DNA from: Hormoscilla sp.
GTDB taxonomy: Bacteria > Cyanobacteriota > Cyanobacteriia > Cyanobacteriales > Desertifilaceae
DNA: 54,246 nucleotides
Assembly: GCA_051439505.1 (NCBI GenBank)
Contig: JBFRWI010000092.1
Coordinates: 1-54,246, forward strand
Direction: 5' to 3'
Shown piece after piece: positions 9,026-18,238 of this stretch. Every line of letters starts with the position of its first letter. Position 1 is the stretch's first letter. Both the position numbers and the translations under genes were made by a program. Below the pieces are notes generated by a model, which made no database searches, was not told the DNA's origin, and saw nothing but the letters and a program-made list of their open reading frames with translations.

Positions 9026-9784
9026 TTACGAACCTTCGGGTTTGAGGATACCATCTTCCAGGTAAGCAACCCGATCGGCCACATCAATAATCCTGGGGTC
9101 GTGGGTTACCATCAAGACAGTGCAACCTTGTTCCTTGGCCAGTTGACGCAATAACTCAATCACGTTATGTCCGCTGTGGGAGTCCAAAGCAGCAGTAGGT
9201 TCGTCGGCCATGATTAACTGAGGACTGCCAGCTAAAGAACGGGCGATCGCGACCCGTTGTTTCTGTCCTCCAGAGAGATCCCGAGGGCGGGACTTAACCT
9301 TATCTTTTAGCCCCACCGCTGCCAACAAATCCCGTGCTTGATGTCTGGCGGTTCTGCCGCGAATGCCTTTAAGATTGAGAGCAAGTTCGATATTTTCACC
9401 CGCAGTCAGGGCCGGAAACAAGTTAAACCCCTGAAAAATAAAGCCAATGTTTTGCAGGCGGAAGCGGGACAGCTTAGTGCGAGACAATAGGGTAATCTCT
9501 TGTCCTAATAGATAAATTTTGCCAGCCGTAGGCGTCAGCAGTCCAGCTAAAATTGAGAGTAAAGTAGTTTTCCCCGAACCAGATGGTCCCATCAACAGTT
9601 GGATACTGCCCTTGGGGATATGCAGATCGATGCCCTTCAGGGCCTGAAAGCGGGCAGCACCCGCACCGAACACCATCTCTATGCCAGTAGCAGAGATAGT
9701 AGATGGGTGACTGTCAGCGAGATCGATAGTAGTAGCACCCCCCATGTGGATTTGCGAAAACCCAGCAATTTGAGTATTACTCAT
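9026..9784 (-). CDS. ABC transporter ATP-binding protein (DevA/LolD-like)
   Basis: Walker A GPSGSGKT, signature LSGGQKQRVAIAR, Walker B region ADEPT and VTHD. Confidence 0.95.
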   Translation of the reverse strand: MSNTQIAGFSQIHMGGATTIDLADSHPSTISATGIEMVFGAGAARFQALKGIDLHIPKGSIQLLMGPSGSGKTTLLSILAGLLTPTAGKIYLLGQEITLLSRTKLSRFRLQNIGFIFQGFNLFPALTAGENIELALNLKGIRGRTARHQARDLLAAVGLKDKVKSRPRDLSGGQKQRVAIARSLAGSPQLIMADEPTAALDSHSGHNVIELLRQLAKEQGCTVLMVTHDPRIIDVADRVAYLEDGILKPEGS

Positions 9785-9862
9785 AAGTCTAATAAAGTCA
9801 ATAATTGTACGTGGTTAATTGCGATTGCGCTGCGCGCACAGGCTACGCTACGCGAACGAGTT

Positions 9863-11110
9863 TTAGGCTTTGAAGACGATCGCCGGATCGACGCGAGTCA
9901 CTTTTTGAATGGCGAAGAAGGCCGAACCGACACACATCAGCACAGTAATTCCCAAAACTCCGGCAGCAGATAGGGGCGTGATTAAAATCATAATTCCCTG
10001 AGTTGTCAAGGCCCAAGATGCTAACCCCAAGCAAAGTCCCATACTGGGAATATATCCGAGAACTGCCATCCACAGGGCTTGCTCGATAATAACACTGTAA
10101 ATTACCCAGTCAGACGCCCCCATTGCTTTGAGCGTTCCAAACTCTTTGAGATGATCGGATACAGAAGAGTAGAGGATCTGACCGACAACTACCATACCCA
10201 CAAGCACGCCCACTGCCGCACCCAAACCGAGAATAAATCCAATGCCGCTGCGCTGCTGCCAGTAGTCCCGGGTCTGGTTAGCCATTTCCGCACGAGTATA
10301 GGCCCGGGTATCTGGCAAGGCCGCTTCTAACCGCCGTTTGAGTGCCTGTAGATCCTCCCCCGGTTTGGCCCGAATTAACACGTAGACGATCGGGTCTGTT
10401 AAGTTTAAGGGTTTGGGAGGAGAAACTGTTGATGTAGAGGTAGTTTCTTCCTTCTCGTAAGTAGTGACGCATTTAATATCCCCCTCGGGTAGCAACTTGC
10501 AGTTCAGCTTAGAAGTGACTCCAGCATTGAGATAGGCGTTGGCGCTTTTCAAGGAGGTAAACACGAAGGGACTCGATACGATCGACTGAGTTTCTTTTGT
10601 TAAGCCTACCAACCGCACTGGCAAGGAGCCAATTTCTGCCCGATCGCCCACACCTCGGACGTGCAGAGAATCTAAATTACTTTCATCGACGATCGCGGTG
10701 TAAGGTTCTTTCAGGGCCTGCAAGCTTCTGGGAGTAACATTGCCAGGTAAAAACAATTGCCCCCCTGGGTTGAAACCGAATACCTTCACAGGAGTCAGTT
10801 CCGCCCCCGGAACATTCCATTGAGCTATTCCCCTCATCAAGGGTTCCGCCCGCGAGACCCCTTGCACCTGTCGTGCCAGTAAAGAGTACTCTAACAGCAG
10901 GGGTTTTGTCAATTCTAAATGCAACATTTCCTCCGAGGCTACCCAGATGTCTGCTGGGGAATTTTCGATCAACTGCACTGTCGAACGAGTAAACCCCTTG
11001 AGGATGCCCGTCTGTATCGTCACCAGACTGACGGCAAACATAATCCCTGCCTGGGCTACGAGGAAGCGGGGAATGTCTTCCAATAGGTTCTTGCGGGCGA
11101 TCGATGCCAT
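9863..11110 (-). CDS. ABC transporter permease, FtsX/MacB-like (DevC-like)
   Basis: One N-terminal TM, a large periplasmic domain, then three C-terminal TMs with LKEFGTLKAMGAS and VTRVDPAIVF. Confidence 0.92.
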   Translation of the reverse strand: MASIARKNLLEDIPRFLVAQAGIMFAVSLVTIQTGILKGFTRSTVQLIENSPADIWVASEEMLHLELTKPLLLEYSLLARQVQGVSRAEPLMRGIAQWNVPGAELTPVKVFGFNPGGQLFLPGNVTPRSLQALKEPYTAIVDESNLDSLHVRGVGDRAEIGSLPVRLVGLTKETQSIVSSPFVFTSLKSANAYLNAGVTSKLNCKLLPEGDIKCVTTYEKEETTSTSTVSPPKPLNLTDPIVYVLIRAKPGEDLQALKRRLEAALPDTRAYTRAEMANQTRDYWQQRSGIGFILGLGAAVGVLVGMVVVGQILYSSVSDHLKEFGTLKAMGASDWVIYSVIIEQALWMAVLGYIPSMGLCLGLASWALTTQGIMILITPLSAAGVLGITVLMCVGSAFFAIQKVTRVDPAIVFKA

Positions 11111-11287
11111 AAAAAATAACCTATCTACACAACTTCTCTACAATTCTACATATCTTAACATCAGCTCTGAATAATTGCTTATTGACAATTTACCCTCCTA
11201 ATTGATAATTATTGCCCGCTCCGAAGTAATGGATTAATTGCTCGCACAATTCCCCATTTTCAATTCCCAATTTTCAATTCCCAATTT

Positions 11288-11599
11288 TCAACAATTAGGA
11301 TCGATGATGATGTCTGGGCAGTTCGGGTATTTGAGGATGAAGTGGTTGGCCCCAATATTGATTTGGGCGATCTGGGATATTTGCTGAGATAACCCGGCCC
11401 TCACTTCTGGGTTAGGACAGTGAATTATCAGGTTTTCGGTATCCGTCATCCATTCTAGCTTGCAGAGTTGGGTGAGTGGAATTTCTGCTTTGATTTGCCT
11501 GAGTCCTTCACTCAGTTGCTTGAACTTCTGTAACCATTGGGACTCTTGCAATTCTTTCTCTAGTTTACTCCTCAGTGGGTTCTGTTCTTCTTGGTTCAT
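11288..11599 (-). CDS. Hypothetical protein
   Basis: 103-aa ATG ORF with AAGGA upstream and plausible composition. Confidence 0.65.
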   Translation of the reverse strand: MNQEEQNPLRSKLEKELQESQWLQKFKQLSEGLRQIKAEIPLTQLCKLEWMTDTENLIIHCPNPEVRAGLSQQISQIAQINIGANHFILKYPNCPDIIIDPNC

Positions 11600-11691
11600 C
11601 GGATCCTTAAATAAATCTAATGTTTGCTGGTGATGATTTTCATCATAGCATAAATTGGAATTAAATGAGCGAGCGAATTAAAAATTAAGAC

Positions 11692-12120
11692 ATGAACAAG
11701 TTAGCTTTGACATTTGCAGTCACCCTGGCATTAACTGCTGCACCAGCTCAAGCAGGGTTTGAGATTGCCAAGCACAATCAAAATCTGAGTAAGAGTATAC
11801 AGTGTATTGATGCGATGGGTTTTGAACTCATCGCCGACAATGTTTTTGCGGCCTTGAACCCACAAGTAGGCCGTCGGCAAATTCGTCCCGAGGAGATATA
11901 CTATGCAGCACAATGGCAGACAATCAGAAATGCTCTAGAGCCAAATGGTTGCCTGTTAGTGGAAAGTTTTTATCAGGATCCCCTTGTTGCCGAAAACTTG
12001 GCAGACAGAGTTTTTTATGCCTTGCATCCGGAATTAAACTGGCGCAAAATCAGACCTCATGAAGTGCAATATGCCCGGGAATGGAGCATCATCAGAAATG
12101 CGTTAAATATGAGGAGGTAG
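11692..12120 (+). CDS. Secreted hypothetical protein with two ~35-aa internal repeats
   Basis: Signal peptide ending AQA. Repeats are ADNVFAALNPQVGRRQIRPEEIYYAAQWQTIRNAL and ADRVFYALHPELNWRKIRPHEVQYAREWSIIRNAL. Confidence 0.75.
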   Translation: MNKLALTFAVTLALTAAPAQAGFEIAKHNQNLSKSIQCIDAMGFELIADNVFAALNPQVGRRQIRPEEIYYAAQWQTIRNALEPNGCLLVESFYQDPLVAENLADRVFYALHPELNWRKIRPHEVQYAREWSIIRNALNMRR

Positions 12121-12180
12121 CGATTTTTCTCGTTCCCTGACTTATGGGAACGAGAAAATTCTCTACATTATAAATTGATA

Positions 12181-13119
12181 TTACAGCATCCGCCACAGTT
12201 GGGCGATCGCCTGTTTCCGGTCCCGACGAGTAAGGGCGATCGCCGCCCGTGTTAGCATATAGGGCATAGCAAATAGTATGCCCAAATATGTCCGCCAGGC
12301 ACTGTAGGAAAATAGCGATCTCGATAGAGGAGATACGCCCCAAAAGCGATTCACCGAACAGACCATTTCATTTCCCAAAGCCGTCACTTCATGCCACCAA
12401 CCGGCAGGAATAAAGAGGGTTTCCCCTTGATGCAATATTACTTCCTGCTTGTATTGTAGCGCTTCTTTTAACTTCGGAAAAGCTTGCATATCTGGCTTTT
12501 CTGGGTACACCTGACTAAACCAAGCACGCAACTTTAAGCCGTGGCGCAAATGCACGGAAACAGGAAAGGGATAAAGATTAGCTGTCTGGGAACTGGGGAA
12601 CAGCACCACTTTTTTGGCACCATGCAGTTGCATTAATGTCCCATCCAGGGTATCGTAATGTAAGGCTTCCACGTGACCTCCCGGTCCCGCCCACATATTT
12701 AAGTCGCTAGCGGGTTTCTCTAAACCCAACTTCTCGGCGATCTTTATTCGAGATGCTTTTTCCTCCAAAGATGTATCTTTTAGGGAACATTTAGCTAAGT
12801 AAATGTCCTGTTCGTGGGCTGTCTGGTTGCGCAACATTTCTGCATAGGTAGTAAAAGGCAAACTTTTCGTGGACACCCCACTGCCAATGTTTTCCCATTG
12901 GCGTTTGTCCAATTTGTACCTCTGATTTCCGTACCACCGGGACAGAAACTCCCACTCACCCAACTCTTGGCAAAGATAGTCCAAACTCCAGTCTTCGCAG
13001 TCCGCCAGTAATCCTTTAATCACTACCGGGTTGCCCGGTTTTTGATATTCTCTCACAAATCTTTCGGGCGTGAGTTCTGATATCTCCTCCCTACAGATAG
13101 GATTTGTTACTTTATTCAT
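12181..13119 (-). CDS. JmjC/cupin-like Fe(II)/2-oxoglutarate hydroxylase
   Basis: Motifs PVVIKG, LHYD (HxD), GAKKVVLF and GETLFIPAGWWHEV. The ATG at 13119 has GGGAGG upstream; the ORF is open to 13149. Confidence 0.9.
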   Translation of the reverse strand: MNKVTNPICREEISELTPERFVREYQKPGNPVVIKGLLADCEDWSLDYLCQELGEWEFLSRWYGNQRYKLDKRQWENIGSGVSTKSLPFTTYAEMLRNQTAHEQDIYLAKCSLKDTSLEEKASRIKIAEKLGLEKPASDLNMWAGPGGHVEALHYDTLDGTLMQLHGAKKVVLFPSSQTANLYPFPVSVHLRHGLKLRAWFSQVYPEKPDMQAFPKLKEALQYKQEVILHQGETLFIPAGWWHEVTALGNEMVCSVNRFWGVSPLSRSLFSYSAWRTYLGILFAMPYMLTRAAIALTRRDRKQAIAQLWRML

Positions 13120-13212
13120 TGTAGATGTCTTCCTCCCGTTAGCCCACATTAATCCGATCGCCCGCCAGGCAGCAGGGGGTGTCCCACCCCCTGCTAATAA
13201 CAGATGATATCA

Positions 13213-14898
13213 TTAGTTGACATCATCTGGCAGCCTCATTTCCTTTTCTACGACCAACCCCTCCAAAAAATTACGGTCTTCGCTGATATGGGCAAATTTA
13301 AGTTGAGAATCAGGTATTCCCCGCGCTAACTGGCGCTGACGCAAAATGTCAAAACTTCCCTTTTCTAGCAGGCGCAGGCGCGGCGGCGGGATGTCACTTT
13401 GCCGCGAAATTGCATAGTGGGTGTTGTTTTCCCCTAACAGGCGATCGCACTTTGCCAGTAATGCTTGAGGGTCCGACAGGGTATCGCCGTCAGCGAGTTC
13501 GATATTAATCAGATAGCGGGCGGGAAAGTCCCGTTCCGAGAGGGTAATACAGAAGTCCTCCAAATTGAGGTGAAACTCCTCTTGCAGGGCATGAAGTACC
13601 CGAGTAACGTGATGTTCGTTAGTTTTCTCCGTGGTACTGGACATTTGTCCCCCTTGGCGATGGCGAAATGTAATCAAGGGTGCTTGCTGATAAAATCCTA
13701 CTACCTCGATGACATCGCCAATGTCGTAGCGATAAAATCCACTGTAGGTAGTTGTCAGGATGCGATACCTTTGTCCTACCTGCACTTCCCTCGCTAGTAA
13801 AGTTTGCGGATGTTCTACTCCCCATTGGTCCTCGGGAACGAATTCAAAAAAGCCACTCTCGATCGCCAAAATGCTACCATCGGTATTCACGTCCGGGTAG
13901 ATGCTAAACATTCCTTCCGCCGAGGAGAAGACAACTCCGAAAATTGCCGTATCCCCAAAATACTCGGGAAACCGCTGAAAGTAAAAATCAGAAGTTCCCC
14001 CCCTCGCCGTTGCTACCACCGCCAGATTGGGCCATGCTAATTTAGGAGTTAGCTTTCCGTGGGATTGTAAAATTTCCTGGAGTTCCCGGGCCCTCCCTGG
14101 GTTGGCAGTCCACTGGCGTTCCAGTTGCGATCGCAGTTCTGGTTCCATCTCCAACCAGGGGGCGATCGACCCCTGGGCGATATCGGCAATTAAACTTTCG
14201 GCATACTGACTCAAATAGTTGCAGGTCCGCAGAATCAACATGGGAAAATTCGCGATCGTGCCCCCCATATCCGGGTTAACCAAGGCAAACAACAGGGCCA
14301 CATAATGGCGAGTCAGACTATCACTTAACTTGACAGTTTCGTAGGGGTGGGCAAAGAATTGGGAAAACAGACGCTTATCCAGACGTAGAACTCCGGCGCT
14401 GGATGGCCCATAATCGATTCCCCCAGGAGTACGTCCCCATTGTTGTACTGAGTTAGTTACTAGCAGTTTACCAAACTTCTGCCCCCGTTTTGCCAATCCC
14501 TCTGCTAAAAATCCCATGCTGACTAGACTTGCATCCCGGACTATGCTTTGGGATTTCTTCGTAGTGGGAATCAGTTTTTGCTTACCCGTTGACCCGCTAG
14601 TCAGAGTCATGTATACTACTTTTTGGGAAGTCAGGATATGCTTTTCTCCCTGGGCAATCTTTTCCAGGTACGGTTCGTAGCTGCTGTAGGGCCGGATGGG
14701 GATGCGATCGCGAAACTGGTCTATAGTCTTCACTTCAGACAACCGGTCAACGCGACCCAATTCAGTATCTTGATGGGCCCGTAATAGGTTAAAGAGAAAC
14801 TTTTCCTGAACCGCCTGCACCTGAAGAGTTTTGGCGACAAACCTCTCCTTACTATACCTTGCTATCTTTGTCAATAACGGCAGCAATAAATTTGTCAT
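13213..14898 (-). CDS. GH3-family acyl acid amido synthetase (ANL superfamily)
   Basis: Motifs TSGSTGKQKLIP, FSSAEG, FFEFVP, GFYRYDIGDVI and SQLKF. Confidence 0.92.
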   Translation of the reverse strand: MTNLLLPLLTKIARYSKERFVAKTLQVQAVQEKFLFNLLRAHQDTELGRVDRLSEVKTIDQFRDRIPIRPYSSYEPYLEKIAQGEKHILTSQKVVYMTLTSGSTGKQKLIPTTKKSQSIVRDASLVSMGFLAEGLAKRGQKFGKLLVTNSVQQWGRTPGGIDYGPSSAGVLRLDKRLFSQFFAHPYETVKLSDSLTRHYVALLFALVNPDMGGTIANFPMLILRTCNYLSQYAESLIADIAQGSIAPWLEMEPELRSQLERQWTANPGRARELQEILQSHGKLTPKLAWPNLAVVATARGGTSDFYFQRFPEYFGDTAIFGVVFSSAEGMFSIYPDVNTDGSILAIESGFFEFVPEDQWGVEHPQTLLAREVQVGQRYRILTTTYSGFYRYDIGDVIEVVGFYQQAPLITFRHRQGGQMSSTTEKTNEHHVTRVLHALQEEFHLNLEDFCITLSERDFPARYLINIELADGDTLSDPQALLAKCDRLLGENNTHYAISRQSDIPPPRLRLLEKGSFDILRQRQLARGIPDSQLKFAHISEDRNFLEGLVVEKEMRLPDDVN

Positions 14899-15028
14899 TC
14901 AATCTCCGGGGTTAGTCAAATATCCGATCTGTAACCCACCAACATATCTGATTCTGGTGTCAATGTCAAGAGAAAAAGGCTTAATCAAAAATTAACCAAA
15001 AAAAAATCAGACTTGGGAAGGATAATGC

Positions 15029-15057
15029 TTGACAGTTACGATCAAGGGAGTTAAAGT
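15029..15057 (+). promoter_or_regulatory. Putative sigma70-type promoter
   Basis: TTGACA-17 nt-TAAAGT. Confidence 0.5.
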
Positions 15058-15287
15058 GGGAGAGAGCCTGTAAAGTCCGAGGATATCGGTCTTATCCCAA
15101 TAGGGAAGCCCGATGGTGATGCGTCAAAATCAGATGTCAGAATGGCATCATTAGATGAGGCATTGGGAATTGATGCCAATCAGAAACCACCAGGAGCGAA
15201 GTTGACGGGAAACAGCCACCGGTGCTGCTGTGCTGATGACGTCAGATGCTTCTGAGACTGATCGGGCGGAACGAGTAGATTGAAGAT

Positions 15288-16574
15288 ATGGAATTGAAAA
15301 AAGCAATGGAACGAAAAAGGAAAATCCTTCAGCTAGTATCGATGTGTTTGGGTGCTGTCTTAGCCCTGTCGATGATATTGTTACCTGCAAATGCAGCCTT
15401 CGCACAGGGCATGCAGGCTGGGTCTCAAAAATGTCAGGAACTTGAGCGAAGCTTACCAGGTGGGATCAAAGAATATTGGAAGCAAAAGTGTGGGCTTGAT
15501 GTTATTTATAAGGCTCCAGACTGTGAGTTTCTTCCGCAAGAATTCCCAAAATTCAAGGAATATTTGGATAAGAATTGCTTACCAGTGGATATGGAAGCTC
15601 GGGCTCAAGCATGTGAGGAGCTTGCTCAAACCCTCCCACCATCGGTCAAGAACAATTTGAATTACCTTTGTGGGCCTGATGCTGCTTATGAGGGTAAAAA
15701 GTGTGAGAATGCTAAGAACTTATACGAAGATAAATTCCCAGGCGTCACGGAATATATCGAGTATAAATGTGAGGAGCTTGGCTTCCCAATGGATATGGAA
15801 GCTCGGGCTCAAGCATGTGAGGAGCTTGCTCAAACCCCTTCATCATATTTCCAGGAAGATTTACGACATGTCAAGGGAAAGTTGAATTACTACTGTGGGC
15901 CTGATGCTCTATATGAAGGTAAATACTGTGAGTCCGAGAAAAAAGACTACAAATGGCAATTCCCAGACGTCATGAAATATATCGAGTATAAATGTGAGGA
16001 GCTTGGCTTCCCAATGGATATGGAAGCTCGGGCTCAAGCATGTGAGGAGCTTGCTCAAACCCCTTCATCATATTTCAAGGAAGATTTACAATATGTCAAG
16101 GGAGAGTTGAATTACTACTGTGGACCTGATGCTCCAACGCGGGGTCTATCCTGTGAGGATGTTACGCAATACTACGAAGGTAAATTCCCAGGCGTCACGA
16201 AATATATCCAGTATAACTGTGGGGAGCTTGAGGAGGAGCTTGAGCCAATATTCCCAAGCGAACAGCAAAAGACAACCAAATCACCCGAAATCAAATCAGG
16301 AGAAATCAAAAATGGGGATTCTTGCAAGGGGGAAGTGAGCGAGGATCATGGCGGAAATTACACGGGTACGTGGCGGATAGTCGAAAAGGGAGGCTGCGGT
16401 CAAAAAGAAAATGGGGTGAAAATATGCGATCGGAAAAAAGGGAATGGCAATGTAGGTCCCGTTGATGTTGGAGAAGGAGACTGTTGCTACGCGAAGTGGA
16501 TTGGCGGACAGTCATACATTGGCTCGATATTTTACGACGAAGCATCTCAAACATTTGGATGTGATTCTTACTAG
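15288..16574 (+). CDS. Secreted cysteine-rich protein with ~70-aa tandem repeats
   Basis: Signal peptide ending AFA. DNA-level repeats begin at 15591, 15795 and 16020 (MEARAQACEELAQT...CGPDA...C...KCEEL), followed by a Cys-rich C-terminal domain. Confidence 0.85.
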   Translation: MELKKAMERKRKILQLVSMCLGAVLALSMILLPANAAFAQGMQAGSQKCQELERSLPGGIKEYWKQKCGLDVIYKAPDCEFLPQEFPKFKEYLDKNCLPVDMEARAQACEELAQTLPPSVKNNLNYLCGPDAAYEGKKCENAKNLYEDKFPGVTEYIEYKCEELGFPMDMEARAQACEELAQTPSSYFQEDLRHVKGKLNYYCGPDALYEGKYCESEKKDYKWQFPDVMKYIEYKCEELGFPMDMEARAQACEELAQTPSSYFKEDLQYVKGELNYYCGPDAPTRGLSCEDVTQYYEGKFPGVTKYIQYNCGELEEELEPIFPSEQQKTTKSPEIKSGEIKNGDSCKGEVSEDHGGNYTGTWRIVEKGGCGQKENGVKICDRKKGNGNVGPVDVGEGDCCYAKWIGGQSYIGSIFYDEASQTFGCDSY

Positions 16575-16592
16575 GGAGTCCAAAGGCGCTAG

Positions 16593-16835
16593 CTAATTGA
16601 GATCCCAGAGACTGATAAATGCGATCGCCTCCCGGTTGGGTTTCGGAAAGAAACCCAACCGACTTTTGTTTATATGGAGCGTAAGCTGCAGTGCAGCTGT
16701 AGTGCATGGAAATTGCATAGGGCGATCCTCTATCGCTTCCATTGCATCTCCCGATCGCAAGCATTCTTGCACTGCTGTCGCTGTTTGATAATGAGAGTTA
16801 ACTGCTAACCAGTCCCAATCTTTTTCTCTTGGCAT
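16593..16835 (-). pseudogene. Truncated DUF29-like gene (N-terminal ~36 codons)
   Basis: Strong RBS AGGAGG. DWDWLAVNSHYQTATAVQECLRSGDAMEAIE resembles DUF29 N-termini, after which the frame runs into unrelated repeat sequence. Confidence 0.55.
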
Positions 16836-16965
16836 TATTACCTCCTATTTTACCCCTCTGGCCCGGGGCACGGCGCTAGTTACATTTTTCTCTTAACCGC
16901 TACCTTTTCGTGCCCCTACGGGCGATCGCAGATATTTTTGGGCACTTATTTTGGTTGCATAATTT

Positions 16966-17160
16966 GGCGTTGCACATTTTGGGGATGATAGCAGTCAATG
17001 GTTGCAAATTGCCGTTCCCAGGCGGGAGCCAGGGAACGAGGAAAATTGAATAAGAGTTATTTGTCTATTTATGGGCAGTCATAACTATTTCAATTGACCA
17101 TTCGCAATTTTCAATTTGCAAGCCATCACATCCCGTATCATCCCGTCGAAGTGCAACGCC
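16966..17160. mobile_element. MITE-like element, copy 3 (inverted relative to copies 1-2)
   Basis: Ends are GGCGTTGCACATTTTTGGGGATGATA and TATCATCCCGTCGAAGTGCAACGCC. Confidence 0.6.
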
Positions 17161-17202
17161 CACAAATTTTTTCGCGACCAGGGTAGCCCTAGTCGCTAAG
17201 TA

Positions 17203-17802
17203 TCAAAAATCACCACTGTAGCGTTCCTCTGCCCAAGGCTCTCCCCGCCGGTGATAACCGTTGCGTTCCCAGAAACCCAATGTCTCTTTTCGGTGAAACT
17301 CCAAACCATTAATCCATTTGGCACTTTTCCAGGCGTAGAGGTGGGGAACCACTAACCGCATGGGACCGCCGCGATCTGGGGGTAGGGGTTCTCCAAACAG
17401 GGTGTGGGCGAAGAAGTTTTCCTCCCGCAGCAAGTCCTCTAGGGAAATGTTAGTGGTGTAACCACCGTAGCAATGTTCCATGACGTGGGCTGCTTGGGGG
17501 TCAATTTCGACATGCTTCATGAAGTCAACTACCTTCACTCCCGTCCATTGCACGTCGAGTTTGGACCAGCGAGTCACGCAGTGGAAGTCAGCAGTAAACT
17601 GGTTTTGCGGCATGGCCATCAAGTCAGACCAGCAGAAGGTTGCTTCTTTCGCTAGCCCCCAGACCCGCAACTGCCATCTGTCGGTGCTGACTTGGGGGGT
17701 CTCGCCGTAGGTTAACACGGGAAAACCCTTGGCTAGGTATTGACCCGGAGGCACGCGAGCGATCTGTTGAGCTTCTGGTTTACGGAAAAATTTCGGGGGC
17801 AT
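17203..17802 (-). CDS. Sulfite oxidase-like molybdopterin oxidoreductase (YuiH-like)
   Basis: Motifs RVPPGQY, DFHCVTRWS, GGPMRLVVPHLYAWKSAKW and GFWERNGYH. Confidence 0.93.
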   Translation of the reverse strand: MPPKFFRKPEAQQIARVPPGQYLAKGFPVLTYGETPQVSTDRWQLRVWGLAKEATFCWSDLMAMPQNQFTADFHCVTRWSKLDVQWTGVKVVDFMKHVEIDPQAAHVMEHCYGGYTTNISLEDLLREENFFAHTLFGEPLPPDRGGPMRLVVPHLYAWKSAKWINGLEFHRKETLGFWERNGYHRRGEPWAEERYSGDF

Positions 17803-17823
17803 AATTCATCCTAGATGGAATTC

Positions 17824-17997
17824 CTAGTCTTCTTCTTCTTCCTCTTCAAATGGTGGATAGACAAAGTTAGAACGTCGAGTCAGAACCGACTTGCCCAGAC
17901 TGAGAGCTTTTTGCGCTTGGAACTCCGCTTTCCGCTTCCAGACTGCTTTGCGCTGATTTCGCTTGGTTTTCGATGTTTTCTTTTTCGGGACTGCCAT
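17824..17997 (-). CDS. rpmF: 50S ribosomal protein L32
   Basis: [24 protein letters not shown]...ALSLGKS. Confidence 0.97.
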   Translation of the reverse strand: MAVPKKKTSKTKRNQRKAVWKRKAEFQAQKALSLGKSVLTRRSNFVYPPFEEEEEED

Positions 17998-18238
17998 AAC
18001 CGTACAGGCTCGCAATTGTTGACAACCTTTCTATTATAAGCCATTGCCGAGCAGCCGACCTGGCTGTTTTTTATACTACACGTAAGTTATATACTACACC
18101 GGTAAGAGAAAAAGTGGGATGGCTTCGTGGAAAAGCAAGAGCTGCAAGTTGTATGATTAGCCTATAGAATTGATCGGCAGGGCGTTGCACCCGATGGTGT
18201 CGTTGTGCAACGCTCTCGGCAGTTTAGAGGAATGGGTG

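Noticed and set aside
15095..15270. Cobalamin riboswitch (AATAGGGAAG...)
   Set aside because: Only the first few bases match. No CGGTG.AA.TCCG, GCCCCCGC.ACTGT or B12-box elements follow.
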